Shown: piece after piece, positions 1 to 9,569 of the stretch | How positions within the stretch are numbered: position 1 is the first letter of the stretch | Layout of the letters: each line of letters opens with the position of its first letter | Source of the DNA: Planctomycetota bacterium | Lineage (GTDB): Bacteria > Planctomycetota > SZUA-567 > H5-PLA8 | Assembly (NCBI GenBank): GCA_045863855.1 | Contig: BTVV01000008.1 | Location: forward strand, 40,668 to 104,667 | Length of the DNA: 64,000 nucleotides | Direction of reading: 5' to 3' | Program-made: the position numbers and the translations under genes | The notes under the pieces: model-generated | The model's database searches: none | What the model was told of the DNA's origin: nothing | Seen by the model: the letters and a program-made list of their open reading frames with translations, nothing else

Positions 1-7
1 ACACTCT

Positions 8-2623
8 GTGGCGCTTAATAAGGTCGCCGGCGGAGGCGAAGCAGGCCTGTTTCTTTCCGATCACGCCGACCGGATGCTCCGCACGCTGCTCGATTTTGCC
101 GGCGCGCGGGCGCAAATGCGCCGTGGCACGCCGGGCGTGGCTCTGCTGGCCATGGGCAGCTACGGGCGGCGGGAGATGTCGCCCTATTCGGATCTCGACG
201 TGCTGGTCCTGTACTCCGGCTCGGCCGCTCCCGAAAGCGAGACCAAGCTCGATACGCTGCTCGGCGGCCTGATCCGTCCGTTGTGGGACGCCGGCTTTAC
301 GCTCGGCCATGCCGTGCGCACACCCGAAGAGTGCATCGCGATCATGGAAGAAGGGGTCGCCGGCGACCTGGCCCTGGAGACCGCCACGGCCTTGCTGGAG
401 GCGCGCTTCGTCTCGGGCGATACGGTGCTCGCCAACCTCTTTTTGAAAAAAGATCTGCCCGACTTTTTCAAAGCGCGCGGGCGGCCTTTCGTCGAGGCCA
501 AACTCGAGGAAACGTTGCAGCGCCACCGCCGTTTGGGCGCATCGATCTATCGCACGCAGCCGAACTTGAAGGAAAGCCCCGGGGCGCTGCGCGATTTCCA
601 GCTTTCGCTATGGATCGACCGCGCCAGCCAGCTTTCGGGGCATCTGCCGCGGCTGGAGAAGCGCCCGCTGGTGAGCGAAGAGATCGTCCGCGAGGCACGC
701 GCAGGGTACGAACGGCTTACCACCTTCCGCACCGGCCTTCACGGAGCCTGCGGGCGCAAGCAGGATGTCCTCGATTACCAGATGCAAGCCAGTCTCGCGA
801 AGGAACTGGGTTACCCCGACACCGAAGAGTGGCGCGGCAGCGAACTGCTGCTGCGCGATTACTTCACGGCCGCCACGGCCATCCATCGCCTCGCCGATAC
901 GGTGATCCGCCGCTATCGCGAAGAACGCGCGCTGGCCGAACGTGACATCGAACAATTGCGCCGCCGGCCGCTCGACCGCAACTTCACGCGCATTGGCGAC
1001 CACCTGTACATGGCCCGGCGCGACGTGTTTGCGGGGGCCGATTGGCTGGTCCCGGCGATGCAGGCATTTCACCACATGGCGCGGCTGGGCATCTCGCTGG
1101 CGCAAGAAATCCGCACCGCGATTCGCGCCCGTGTGCTCGAACTGGACGAAAAATCGCGGCGTCATCCGGAAGCCGCACGGCTGTTCGTCGAATTGCTCGG
1201 CCGGCGTGCGGGCGTGGGACGGGCGCTGCGCGGCATGCGCAACGTCGGCCTGCTGGGCGAATACCTGCCCGAATTCGGCGCCGTCCAGGGTCTGGTGATC
1301 CTCGACGTTTTTCACGACTTCACCGTCGATGAGCACACGCTCTTCGTCGTCGACTATGTCGACCGCCTGTACGCGACAGGCGATCCAGCCGACCGCTTCA
1401 AACGCGAACTCCTCGAGCGGCAGGATCGCTTGCACGTGCTGCGGCTGGCCTGTCTCTGCCACGACCTGGGCAAATCCCGCGGCGGGCCAGGGCACAGCAA
1501 GCGCGGCGCGTTGATGATTCCGCTCATCGCCGAACGCCTGGGCCTGCCCGAACGGGATACCCGCACGCTGATCTGGCTCGTCGATAATCACCTGCTCTTT
1601 TCGAAGACCAGCCTGCGGCGCGATACGGCCGATCCCAAGCTGCTGGAGGAACTCACCGAGCAAATTCGCACCCGCGAACGGCTCGATTTGCTTTACCTGC
1701 TTACCTGCGCCGATATTTCGGCGGTGGGGCAGGGGAGCTTCACACATTGGAAGGACGAACTGCTCCGCGAATTGTACAAGCGCATGGAGCTGACCCTGGA
1801 GCCGCAACCGGGCGCCGCGGAGCCGGCGCCTCATGCGCCCGGGCACTTGGAAGCCGAACTGCTGGCCGGCGCCGAGAGCGAGGGCGAACGTGAGGCGATC
1901 CGCCGGCACCTCCAGCAGGTACCCAGCCGATATTTAGTGGAAGTCAGTCTGGACGAAGCGCGCCTGCATCTGCGCCTGGTCGGGCAATTAGTGGCGCGCA
2001 AACGCGAAGCGCTCGCCGCCGTCTTGGGCGAAGGCCCGCTCGTCGATGTCTGGGTGGTCACCACCGATAAAGCCAAGCGTTTCGCGCAGATTACCGGCGC
2101 GTTCCTCGGCATGGGTGTGAACATTGTCAGCGCCGTCGCGTACACGCGGCAGGACGGTTTGATTCTCGACCAGTTCAAAGTCAGCCTGCCGCAAGACGGC
2201 GCGGTAGTGCCCGACGAAACGTTTTGGCGCAAGGTCTGCGACGAGATCGAGCGAACGCTGGAAGGGCACACCGATATCCGCGCCAAGATCGAGACCGTCC
2301 GCCGCCGCATTCCGCGCGTGCCGCAGATCACCCGTGCCATCGAACCCGAGATCAAGTTCGACAACAAGCTCTCCGAGGAGTACACGATCCTGGACATCGT
2401 TTGCGGCGACCGCATCGGGCTGCTGTACGGTCTCTCGCGCGCCTTGTCCGACTTGGGCTGCGATATTCACTTCGCCAAGGTCGATACCAACCGGGGCTTG
2501 TGCAACGCGGTCTATTACGTGCGCGAGATGAACGGCGGCAAGATCGAAGACGCCGAAAAGATTCACGTGATCCGGCTGCTGCTCAAAGCGGTCGCCAACG
2601 AGTTCCAAGCCGCGCAGCGGTGA
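8..2623 (+). CDS. glnD: [protein-PII] uridylyltransferase/uridylyl-removing enzyme
   Basis: Nucleotidyltransferase motif AMGSYGRREMSPYSDLD, NLKESPGALRD, HD domain (HDFTVDEHT...CHDLGK), two C-terminal ACT domains. Start lies at the window edge and is uncertain. Confidence 0.93.
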   Translation: MALNKVAGGGEAGLFLSDHADRMLRTLLDFAGARAQMRRGTPGVALLAMGSYGRREMSPYSDLDVLVLYSGSAAPESETKLDTLLGGLIRPLWDAGFTLGHAVRTPEECIAIMEEGVAGDLALETATALLEARFVSGDTVLANLFLKKDLPDFFKARGRPFVEAKLEETLQRHRRLGASIYRTQPNLKESPGALRDFQLSLWIDRASQLSGHLPRLEKRPLVSEEIVREARAGYERLTTFRTGLHGACGRKQDVLDYQMQASLAKELGYPDTEEWRGSELLLRDYFTAATAIHRLADTVIRRYREERALAERDIEQLRRRPLDRNFTRIGDHLYMARRDVFAGADWLVPAMQAFHHMARLGISLAQEIRTAIRARVLELDEKSRRHPEAARLFVELLGRRAGVGRALRGMRNVGLLGEYLPEFGAVQGLVILDVFHDFTVDEHTLFVVDYVDRLYATGDPADRFKRELLERQDRLHVLRLACLCHDLGKSRGGPGHSKRGALMIPLIAERLGLPERDTRTLIWLVDNHLLFSKTSLRRDTADPKLLEELTEQIRTRERLDLLYLLTCADISAVGQGSFTHWKDELLRELYKRMELTLEPQPGAAEPAPHAPGHLEAELLAGAESEGEREAIRRHLQQVPSRYLVEVSLDEARLHLRLVGQLVARKREALAAVLGEGPLVDVWVVTTDKAKRFAQITGAFLGMGVNIVSAVAYTRQDGLILDQFKVSLPQDGAVVPDETFWRKVCDEIERTLEGHTDIRAKIETVRRRIPRVPQITRAIEPEIKFDNKLSEEYTILDIVCGDRIGLLYGLSRALSDLGCDIHFAKVDTNRGLCNAVYYVREMNGGKIEDAEKIHVIRLLLKAVANEFQAAQR

Positions 2624-2632
2624 GGGCCTCAA

Positions 2633-2712
2633 ACGCAAGACGTAACGAGCGGCTGGCGGCACGTATGGGCAAGCGCTCTGCCTTGGCCGTGCATACGCTA
2701 TACGTCTTACGT
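2633..2712. repeat. Imperfect inverted repeat built from 7-nt-periodic units between convergent genes (possible terminator)
   Basis: ACGCAAGACGTA (2633) pairs 11/12 with TACGTCTTACGT (2701-2712). Confidence 0.5.
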
Positions 2713-2713
2713 A

Positions 2714-4552
2714 TCAAGCTTTGCTCGCACTCTGCTTGTGAACGCGGCCGACGAAGAACGGCCCGAGCGACTCCATCCATTTTCCGGTCTGCTGCGTCTT
2801 GCGCATCTCCTGCACCAGCCTCGAGAGCGGGTACAGGTCCGGCCCGACGAGCCCCAGCACGAACTCGTTGTCGTGCGTGTCGAGTCCGTAGCAGGCCAAG
2901 CGGATGTCCTGCGCGTAGCCGCATTTCCCGTAGGTGCGGCCGATCATGGCGTGCTCGAAGAGCATCTTTCCTTGCTCGGACGCCGGCAGCAGCGCGAACT
3001 CCGATTTGCGCCGCAGCGGGTACCAGACCGCCCAGGGATATTCGGGATTCAGCGCGTTGCGGCGCGGCTTGACCAGCAGCCAGTCCAGCAGATCGGGCTC
3101 GCGTCCGGCGCTGTAGGTCCGCCCGATCATGGTCATTTCAGGCTTGTGGCGCAGCTTCAAAAACGCGTCCGAGGTGAGCGCTTCGCGGAAGGTGGTGGTG
3201 AAGAGGTCCGGATCTTCGACGATTGCCAGCACTCCCACGCCGGCGGGATCGACTACGTCGCGGTAGAGCACGTACTCGACGCCGCTCTTGTCGAGCGCTC
3301 CGACGAGCGCATCCGGATTGGCGCAGCCGGTGTAGACCTGGAGCTGCAAATACAGCCGCCGGTCGCTCGCTTGCGTGACGCCCATCACCGGAGCGCCCTT
3401 TTCTCGAATGTCGCGCGGGTCGTCGGCGTAGGTCAGATCGCGGTCGGGCTGGATGTTCCAGCGCTTTGCGACATCCTCCAGCTTCAGATTCAGCGGCCAC
3501 TGGTCGCCCAGCGTGCGGCCCAGGTAGCCCGGGTTGCCGCCCTTCAGGGCCATGCAGTTGCGGTTGTCGCCCAGCGCCGTCATCTCTTCGACCGTCTTGC
3601 GCGAAAGCTCCTTCGTTTTCGGCAGCGCGCCGAGTTGTTCGGCGAGTTGCTCGACGCGCGGCGCCGACGGATCGGCTTCTTGCACCAGCGTGGGAACCAC
3701 GCTCTTCACCGCCGGTTGCGCAAGGCACCAGCGGCAGGCGAGTTGGAAGAGGTTCATGTCTTCCTGCTTCGCGATCTCCTCGAAGCGTACCAGCTTCGGC
3801 TGCGCAGCTTCCACCCAGCCCGCCGGGCGAAACGAGCGGTGGTCGTGGCGGCTGAGCTTCACGCCCGGCTTCAAGCCGCCCAGGAACAGCCCGCCGTAAT
3901 CGACCACGCGCGTGATCACATCCACGTGGTACTTCTCGGCCGCCGGCAGCGCCAACCCGCCCGGCCACGGCTCCAATGGATTCAAGATCAGCATCGCCCA
4001 ATCGATCAAGCTTCCGTATTGCTCGAAGCACTGAATCACGTCCAGCGTGAACCCGTTGGCCGGTCCCGGCGCCAGTCCCAGCAACTCGGTCTTGCCGCTC
4101 TCGCGAATCTTTTCGAGCGTGCGCCAGACGGTCTCGTGCGTGTAGCCGGTCTGGTCGGGATTGTGCAGGAAGAGCAGATCCAAGCGGTCGGTGCCCAACC
4201 GCTCCAGTTGCTTGTCGACGGCCATGTTCAGATAGTCGGCGTACTCGTTCGGACCGCGCAGTTCGGGATCGGTGAAGCGCGGATACGCCTCGTCCTCGCG
4301 CTGCCCTTCGTAGAAATCGTGCCCCACTGCGCCGATCAGGCAGTACGTATCGCGCTTGAACGGCTCCAGCGCCCGGCCCAGGAGCGTATCCGCGGCGCCG
4401 CAACCGTAGGTGTCGGCCGTCATGAACGATCGGATTCCCGCCTCGTACGAATGCCGGACAAGGTCGATGAAACGCTCCTCGCCCACATTTTCGCCGAAGC
4501 TCATGAAGCGTCCGCCGCTCCAGACCCCGAAGCACGTCATCGTCGGTTGCAT
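2714..4552 (-). CDS. Aldo/keto reductase-like domain fused to a chlorite dismutase/coproheme decarboxylase (Cld/ChdC)-family domain
   Basis: N-terminal AKR barrel motifs (TADTYGCG, LERLGTDRLDLLFLHNP, LACRWCLAQPAVKSVVP). C-terminal ~230 aa has WYPLRRK, EHAMIGRTY, ACYGLDTHDNEFVLGL, LVQEMR, GPFFVGR. Confidence 0.85.
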   Translation of the reverse strand: MQPTMTCFGVWSGGRFMSFGENVGEERFIDLVRHSYEAGIRSFMTADTYGCGAADTLLGRALEPFKRDTYCLIGAVGHDFYEGQREDEAYPRFTDPELRGPNEYADYLNMAVDKQLERLGTDRLDLLFLHNPDQTGYTHETVWRTLEKIRESGKTELLGLAPGPANGFTLDVIQCFEQYGSLIDWAMLILNPLEPWPGGLALPAAEKYHVDVITRVVDYGGLFLGGLKPGVKLSRHDHRSFRPAGWVEAAQPKLVRFEEIAKQEDMNLFQLACRWCLAQPAVKSVVPTLVQEADPSAPRVEQLAEQLGALPKTKELSRKTVEEMTALGDNRNCMALKGGNPGYLGRTLGDQWPLNLKLEDVAKRWNIQPDRDLTYADDPRDIREKGAPVMGVTQASDRRLYLQLQVYTGCANPDALVGALDKSGVEYVLYRDVVDPAGVGVLAIVEDPDLFTTTFREALTSDAFLKLRHKPEMTMIGRTYSAGREPDLLDWLLVKPRRNALNPEYPWAVWYPLRRKSEFALLPASEQGKMLFEHAMIGRTYGKCGYAQDIRLACYGLDTHDNEFVLGLVGPDLYPLSRLVQEMRKTQQTGKWMESLGPFFVGRVHKQSASKA

Positions 4553-4592
4553 GGCCCGCCCTTCCTTCTCATTCCAACCAAGGACTTGTATT

Positions 4593-4618
4593 TCACCGGT
4601 TACTGTTCACTGTTTACT
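4593..4618. repeat. Degenerate heptamer tandem tract (TYACYGK)x3.5
   Basis: TCACCGG TTACTGT TCACTGT TTACT. Confidence 0.55.
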
Positions 4619-4623
4619 TGCCG

Positions 4624-4929
4624 TTAATGCGGTCTGCCGCCCATCGCCTGCGGAGTGTACACGGGGTGTTTCGGCGGACCTGCGAGGATATCGCGCCCAA
4701 AGTTCTGCGCCGACTTGAACGCGTCCGAGGCCATGAAGGTGCGGAAATCTTCCGGCTTGTCCCAATTGCTGTAGATCATCAGGCTGTTGGGCTTCTGGAC
4801 GTCCCGGTAAAGCCGGGTTTCGAGGTGTCCCTGCATCCCTTGCATCGCGGCCAGCACCTTCAGGGCGTAGTCCTCGAAGGTCTTCAGGTGCTCGGGCTTC
4901 ACGTCGTAATTGAGGCCAAACGTAACCAT
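4624..4929 (-). CDS. Antibiotic biosynthesis monooxygenase (ABM) family dimeric alpha/beta-barrel protein
   Basis: 101 aa with ABM pattern YDVKPEH...FE...QGHLETRLYRD...NSLMIYSNW...F...SDAF; AAAGGA upstream of the start. Confidence 0.8.
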   Translation of the reverse strand: MVTFGLNYDVKPEHLKTFEDYALKVLAAMQGMQGHLETRLYRDVQKPNSLMIYSNWDKPEDFRTFMASDAFKSAQNFGRDILAGPPKHPVYTPQAMGGRPH

Positions 4930-5069
4930 GGGTAGAGTCCTTTCTCAGTCCAGGAAAATTAAGACAAGCACGGGAAGCGTTGTACCCCACGCTCGCGGGC
5001 GAGTCAAAAGAGGATGAGCGGGTCTGTATACAGCCCTTGGCGCGGCGAGACCGATTTCGAAACGTGCGC

Positions 5070-5915
5070 TTACTCGCCCTTGCGTTTGGTCCGCGGCAGG
5101 CGGGTTTTGGTGGGTGCGCGAGGTTTCTTGACCGGCTTGGATTCGTTCTCGGTTTCCTCTTTTGCCGCTTCGGCCGCCGCTTCTTCGGCGGCATGGGCGT
5201 CGCGCGCCGCCTGAAGGTCTTCGGCGCTGAAGAACGCGAGCAGGTCATCCGGAACCGGACCCGGTCCGAAGTTCGGCTTGAATTCCACCTCCAGCGCCGC
5301 GGCAAGCTCCTTGGCCTCCTCGTGAATCTCCAGCAACGCCGTCTCGTACGGCTTCAGTCGCGCCGCTTCCTCGGTGGGTATCTGCGCATACCCCTCGCGC
5401 CGCGCGAACGTCACCCCGCCGTAAGGCCGCGGTAAGACGACGCACGCATCGAGGTGCCACAGCCGCGGATCGCGCTTATCTTTCCATGATGCGCAGAGCA
5501 CGTGCTCGGCTTTGCAGTGCACTTCGCGTTTGAACGGAATCCACAAAAACGTGCGCCCCGTGACGATCCGCTCGCTTTCGATGCGCATCCGGCGGCGGTC
5601 GCTGATCGTCCCGATGCCTTTAAGAATCACGACGGCGCCCGCCAGGCCCAGGACACCCGCGATGAGGTAACGCGGCGTCTCGGTCATCGCCTCCGAGCGG
5701 TACAGGAGATAGCCCGCCACCGCCAGCACCGCTCCCGCGAACGCGATGATGAAGGATACTTCGAACGGCTTGCGGTCCGTCCAGCCCTCCACGCAGCCGT
5801 TGCGTGATTCGGTCACCCGGTAAAGCGGAGGGTCTTGGGGCTCGTAACGCGGAGCCTTTTTCAAGCTCGCGACGTTTCCGCCCACCTTGACTTCGTAGGT
5901 CATTCGGCCGGCCAT
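5070..5915 (-). CDS. Hypothetical membrane protein (2 TM helices, PH-like tail, charged C-terminus)
   Basis: ATG 5915 with AAGGA SD; two hydrophobic segments (FIIAFAGAVLAVAGYLLY; YLIAGVLGLAGAVVIL). Confidence 0.65.
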   Translation of the reverse strand: MAGRMTYEVKVGGNVASLKKAPRYEPQDPPLYRVTESRNGCVEGWTDRKPFEVSFIIAFAGAVLAVAGYLLYRSEAMTETPRYLIAGVLGLAGAVVILKGIGTISDRRRMRIESERIVTGRTFLWIPFKREVHCKAEHVLCASWKDKRDPRLWHLDACVVLPRPYGGVTFARREGYAQIPTEEAARLKPYETALLEIHEEAKELAAALEVEFKPNFGPGPVPDDLLAFFSAEDLQAARDAHAAEEAAAEAAKEETENESKPVKKPRAPTKTRLPRTKRKGE

Positions 5916-6055
5916 GAGCGTATCCTTGTATAGCTGCGTGGAACATGTTCTAGAGTTCAAGCTCCTATGTAATACCAGCCTAGTTGCCACCGTCCAGCCC
6001 TGGAGTCGGGCGCTCGCAACTGGAATCTGGAAGCGCACGCGGCACAATCGGGTCG

Positions 6056-7093
6056 ATGAAGCACGTCCTCGTCACCGGCGCCAACGGCCACGTTGGCTAC
6101 AACCTCGTTCAACTGCTCCGTGAGAAGGGTTACCGGGTCCGAGCGGGCGTACGCGATCCGCGCGACGACTCGAAAGCCGGGCGCCTTCGCGACTTGGGCG
6201 CCGAACCCGTGGCCGCCGATCTGCTCGATCCGGCTTCGCTTCGCGCGGCCATGGACGGTGTGGACGGGCTTTTTCAGGTCGCCGCGGTGTACCAGACTTA
6301 TGCGCGCGACCCTGAAGCCGAGATCGTTCGCCCTACCGTCGAAGGTTCGCGCAACGCTTTGCGCGCCGCACGGGAGGCCGGCGTTAAGAAGATCGTTTAC
6401 ACCAGTTCCATCGCCGCCGTCGGAAGCGATGCGCCCTTCGATAAGCCGCTCACCGAGAACGATTGGAACGACGCCGCGCCCAGCCCCTACTTTCGAGCGA
6501 AGGTCCAGTCCGAACGCGAAGCTTGGGCCTTTGCGCAAGCCCACGGGCTGGATCTGGTCACCATCAACCCCGGCGCCATCATCGGCCCAGGCTTCTGGCG
6601 CCATACGCCCAGCACGCTTTCGTTCGAACTGCTGCTGCGCCGCAAGCTCCCGCTCGTCCTGCCGTTGGGTTTCTGTTTCGTGGATGTCCGCGACGTGGCC
6701 GCCGCGCACCTGCTGGCGTACGAACGCGACGACGCCCGCGGGCGGTACCTGGCCGTGGACGCATTCGTTACGATGCGGGAACTGATGGAGGTTGTGCGCG
6801 AACTGTACCCCGATCTGAAGCCGCCGCGGACCGTCGTACCGCGAGCGCTGCTGCCCGCGGTCGCGGCGCTCGACTGCCTGGGGCATACCTTTGCCGGGAT
6901 GCCGCGCCAAGTCACGATGTCGATGGTTCGCGAATTGGGCGGTAAGTACCAGCGCGCCAGCAGCGCCAAACTCCGCAGTGAACTGGGCTGGCAGCCGATC
7001 GACTTCAAGCAAAGCCTGCGTGACACCATGGAATGGGTACGGGGGCAGTTTATAGATCTGACAGATACGAGAAAGGAACCGGCGCTTGGCTAG
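6056..7093 (+). CDS. NAD-dependent epimerase/dehydratase (dihydroflavonol reductase-like extended SDR)
   Basis: VLVTGANGHVG Rossmann motif, TSSIAAV, YFRAK (YxxxK), INPGAIIGP, VDVRDVAAAH. Confidence 0.88.
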   Translation: MKHVLVTGANGHVGYNLVQLLREKGYRVRAGVRDPRDDSKAGRLRDLGAEPVAADLLDPASLRAAMDGVDGLFQVAAVYQTYARDPEAEIVRPTVEGSRNALRAAREAGVKKIVYTSSIAAVGSDAPFDKPLTENDWNDAAPSPYFRAKVQSEREAWAFAQAHGLDLVTINPGAIIGPGFWRHTPSTLSFELLLRRKLPLVLPLGFCFVDVRDVAAAHLLAYERDDARGRYLAVDAFVTMRELMEVVRELYPDLKPPRTVVPRALLPAVAALDCLGHTFAGMPRQVTMSMVRELGGKYQRASSAKLRSELGWQPIDFKQSLRDTMEWVRGQFIDLTDTRKEPALG

Positions 7094-7784
7094 TACGTGC
7101 AACATCCTCTTCATCGGCAACAGCTACACGTTTCAGAACGATCTGCCCCGCACGCTCACCCGGCTCGTGGCCGACGACGGCGGCGATCTGCAGCTCCGCA
7201 CCGAGTTCGTCGGCGCGGGCGGCTGGACCTTCGAGCAGCATTGGGAACAATCGACCACGCGCCGCGCCGCCGTCGAGCGCGGCGGATGGGATTACGTGGT
7301 GCTTCAGGAGCAGACGCGGCGTCCGTACGAGGACACGCCCAAGTTCAAAAGCTACGCCACGCGTTTCGACGCCCTGATTCGCTCCGTCGGAGCGAAAACC
7401 GTGCTCTACCTCACGTGGGCGCCTGGCAACGAACTCGATAAACAGGAGCCGCTCAACGCAGCCTACGGCAGCTTGGGGCATGAGCTGCATGCGCCGGTGA
7501 TTCCCGCCGGTCCGGCCTTTGCAGCCACGCGCGCCGCGAATCATCCCGTGCGGTTGTACGGCGGCGACGGGCGGCATCCGTCCCAAGCGGGCACGTACCT
7601 CGCCGCCTGCGTGTTTTATGCCTGGCTGCGCGAACGCAGCCCCGAAGGGCGTGCGTGGCAAGTATTCGACGAAGCCGACGCATTTCAGTCCTTCGATGCC
7701 GGCGGCGCGCAACGGCTCCAGCGCACCGCATGGGAAACGTGGCAAGCATGGAAGGCGGAGCGCGGCGGCAGGCATAAAAAATAA
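7086..7784 (+). CDS. SGNH/GDSL hydrolase-like protein
   Basis: ILFIGNSYT, WDYVVLQEQ, DGRHPSQAGTYLAAC; TTG start with GAAAGGA SD, overlapping the upstream gene. Confidence 0.78.
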   Translation: MASTCNILFIGNSYTFQNDLPRTLTRLVADDGGDLQLRTEFVGAGGWTFEQHWEQSTTRRAAVERGGWDYVVLQEQTRRPYEDTPKFKSYATRFDALIRSVGAKTVLYLTWAPGNELDKQEPLNAAYGSLGHELHAPVIPAGPAFAATRAANHPVRLYGGDGRHPSQAGTYLAACVFYAWLRERSPEGRAWQVFDEADAFQSFDAGGAQRLQRTAWETWQAWKAERGGRHKK

Positions 7785-7785
7785 A

Positions 7786-7810
7786 CGCTCTCCCGTGGGC
7801 AGGGAGAGCG
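7786..7810. terminator. GC-rich hairpin between convergent genes
   Basis: CGCTCTCCC-N7-GGGAGAGCG immediately after the stop codon. Confidence 0.45.
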
Positions 7811-7968
7811 GAAGTTGGGCGGGCCGGGACCGTTCACAGCCGGCGTCGCAACCCCCTGCATCGCGCGCCATAGGGCGCGCCATGCCGAGCACGCTGCAGG
7901 GTTCCTTCGCCGCGCCTGATGGAAGCTCGCCTTTCCTCGCTCTTCTGTGCGCACCATCGCCCGGAAGT

Positions 7969-8628
7969 TTACTTTCCGTCGGAAGATAATTCCGGAGCCA
8001 GCGCGCGCACGGCTTCCTTAATCGCCTCGCCCGCCCGCACCGCCGCGGGGAGGGGGAACTCCAGCGCCGGATCGGCCTGCGGCGTGGCCACCGCGGCCGC
8101 CGGGAGCGCCGCGCTCATCGAAGCTTCGCGTGGCGGCTCGCCCACCGTCGGCGGTTCGGAAACGGGCGCCTCCGCTACGCGGGAACGCTCTTCTTGCTTC
8201 AGGCGCTCCGCTTTGCCCTGCACGCGAGCGGCGAAGCGATCCCAGGAAAAGTCATCCAAAAGATCGGCGAATTCAGCGCCGTGTTTGCGTGCCATGAGCC
8301 GTATATACCACGGCGGCGGCTCGCGAAATTCGTGGTACAGCGCCAGCCAGTAGATGAACTTTTGGAGGTTCTCGGTCTTACCGCTCAGGACCCCCGGCGC
8401 GCGCTCCAGCAGCTTATCGTCGAGGAAGCGCTTGAAGTTCCCGCTGGGGTTGTCGCGCTGCCACGTTTCGAACCATTTGAGGTTGGCGGCGCAAAACGCG
8501 CTCCAGCGCGCGTCGTCCAAGTCGTGACGCATCATCCCGTAGGCGATTCCGGGCACGTCGTATTCGCCGCCCGCGCCTACGCTGGCCGTCAACGCCCAAC
8601 ACAGCATCCCAGCGACGCACGATCGCAT
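7969..8628 (-). CDS. Hypothetical exported protein
   Basis: Signal-peptide-like MRSCVAGMLCWALTASVGA, GAGGA SD, helical body, Pro/Ala-rich tail. Confidence 0.6.
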   Translation of the reverse strand: MRSCVAGMLCWALTASVGAGGEYDVPGIAYGMMRHDLDDARWSAFCAANLKWFETWQRDNPSGNFKRFLDDKLLERAPGVLSGKTENLQKFIYWLALYHEFREPPPWYIRLMARKHGAEFADLLDDFSWDRFAARVQGKAERLKQEERSRVAEAPVSEPPTVGEPPREASMSAALPAAAVATPQADPALEFPLPAAVRAGEAIKEAVRALAPELSSDGK

Positions 8629-8844
8629 GATCCCACCGTCCTCTCGATTTCGGGAGGAGTTCCCAGCGTGCATTACCTATACGAAATAAAGCACAATAAC
8701 GTTCGCGGGCGCAAGGTATTTCACCTCTTTTCCGAAACGAAACGGATCGAAATTGGGATTCGAGTCCTCATGCCCGTCCCGTAGCTTGCAGCGTTCACGG
8801 CAAGCGGTAGCTTTATCGGCTCACTCGCCACAGGAGCCCTGCCC

Positions 8845-9537
8845 ATGCCCGCTGAACATCCGCCCGTCGTGCAGATCAGCCTCGATCTTCAAACCCTGGT
8901 CGACGCGCTGCCCACTGCCGAAGTCGCCGTACGCGCCGGCGTCGATTGGCTCGAAGTCGGAACGCCCCTGATTCTTGGAGAAGGGCTCCACGCCGTCCGT
9001 GCGCTCAAGCAGCGCTTTCCCAAGCACAAGATCGTCGCCGACCTCAAGACCATGGACGCCGGGTTCCTGGAGTGCGAGATGATGGCCGGCGCCGGCGCGG
9101 ACTGCGTCGTCGTCATGTCCCGCGCGCACGACGGGACGGTCCGCGGAGCCGTCGAGGCCGGCAAAAAATTTGGCGTCAAAGTCATGGCGGACATCATGCT
9201 GGAGAAGGACTACGTCGCCGCCGCGAAACACTGCGAAGCCCTGGGCGTCGATTACATCATCCACCACATCGGCTACGACGAGCGCCACGTCGAAGTCGGC
9301 AAGAGCCCCATGACCGATCTGAAGGCCGTGGTGGACGCGGTCAAGATTCCTGTGCAAGCCGTCGGTGGATTGAGCATCGAGCAGGCGATCCAATGCCCGG
9401 CGGTCGGCGCGCCTCTCGTGGTCATCGGCGCGCCGCTGGCCGTCCAGGACCACCAGTTCGCACCCGGTCCCGAACTGGAAAAGATTCTGCGCGAAATTTG
9501 CGAGAAGGTGCATGCCTACGGCAGCAAAAAGAAGTAG
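8845..9537 (+). CDS. hxlA: 3-hexulose-6-phosphate synthase / OMPDC-HUMPS family protein
   Basis: VQISLD, WLEVGTPLI..EG, IVADLKTMDAG, HIGYDE, QAVGGL; AGGAG SD. Confidence 0.8.
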   Translation: MPAEHPPVVQISLDLQTLVDALPTAEVAVRAGVDWLEVGTPLILGEGLHAVRALKQRFPKHKIVADLKTMDAGFLECEMMAGAGADCVVVMSRAHDGTVRGAVEAGKKFGVKVMADIMLEKDYVAAAKHCEALGVDYIIHHIGYDERHVEVGKSPMTDLKAVVDAVKIPVQAVGGLSIEQAIQCPAVGAPLVVIGAPLAVQDHQFAPGPELEKILREICEKVHAYGSKKK

Positions 9538-9569
9538 CGAGGGCGCTTGTTGCGCGTGCCCATTCAACG

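Noticed and set aside
2714..3450. Bona fide chlorite dismutase
   Set aside because: The catalytic distal Arg appears to be absent by manual alignment, and there is no signal peptide or perchlorate-reduction gene.
5939..5960. GAACATGTTC palindrome as an SOS box
   Set aside because: Spacing does not fit the LexA boxes I know, and the flanking genes are not repair genes.
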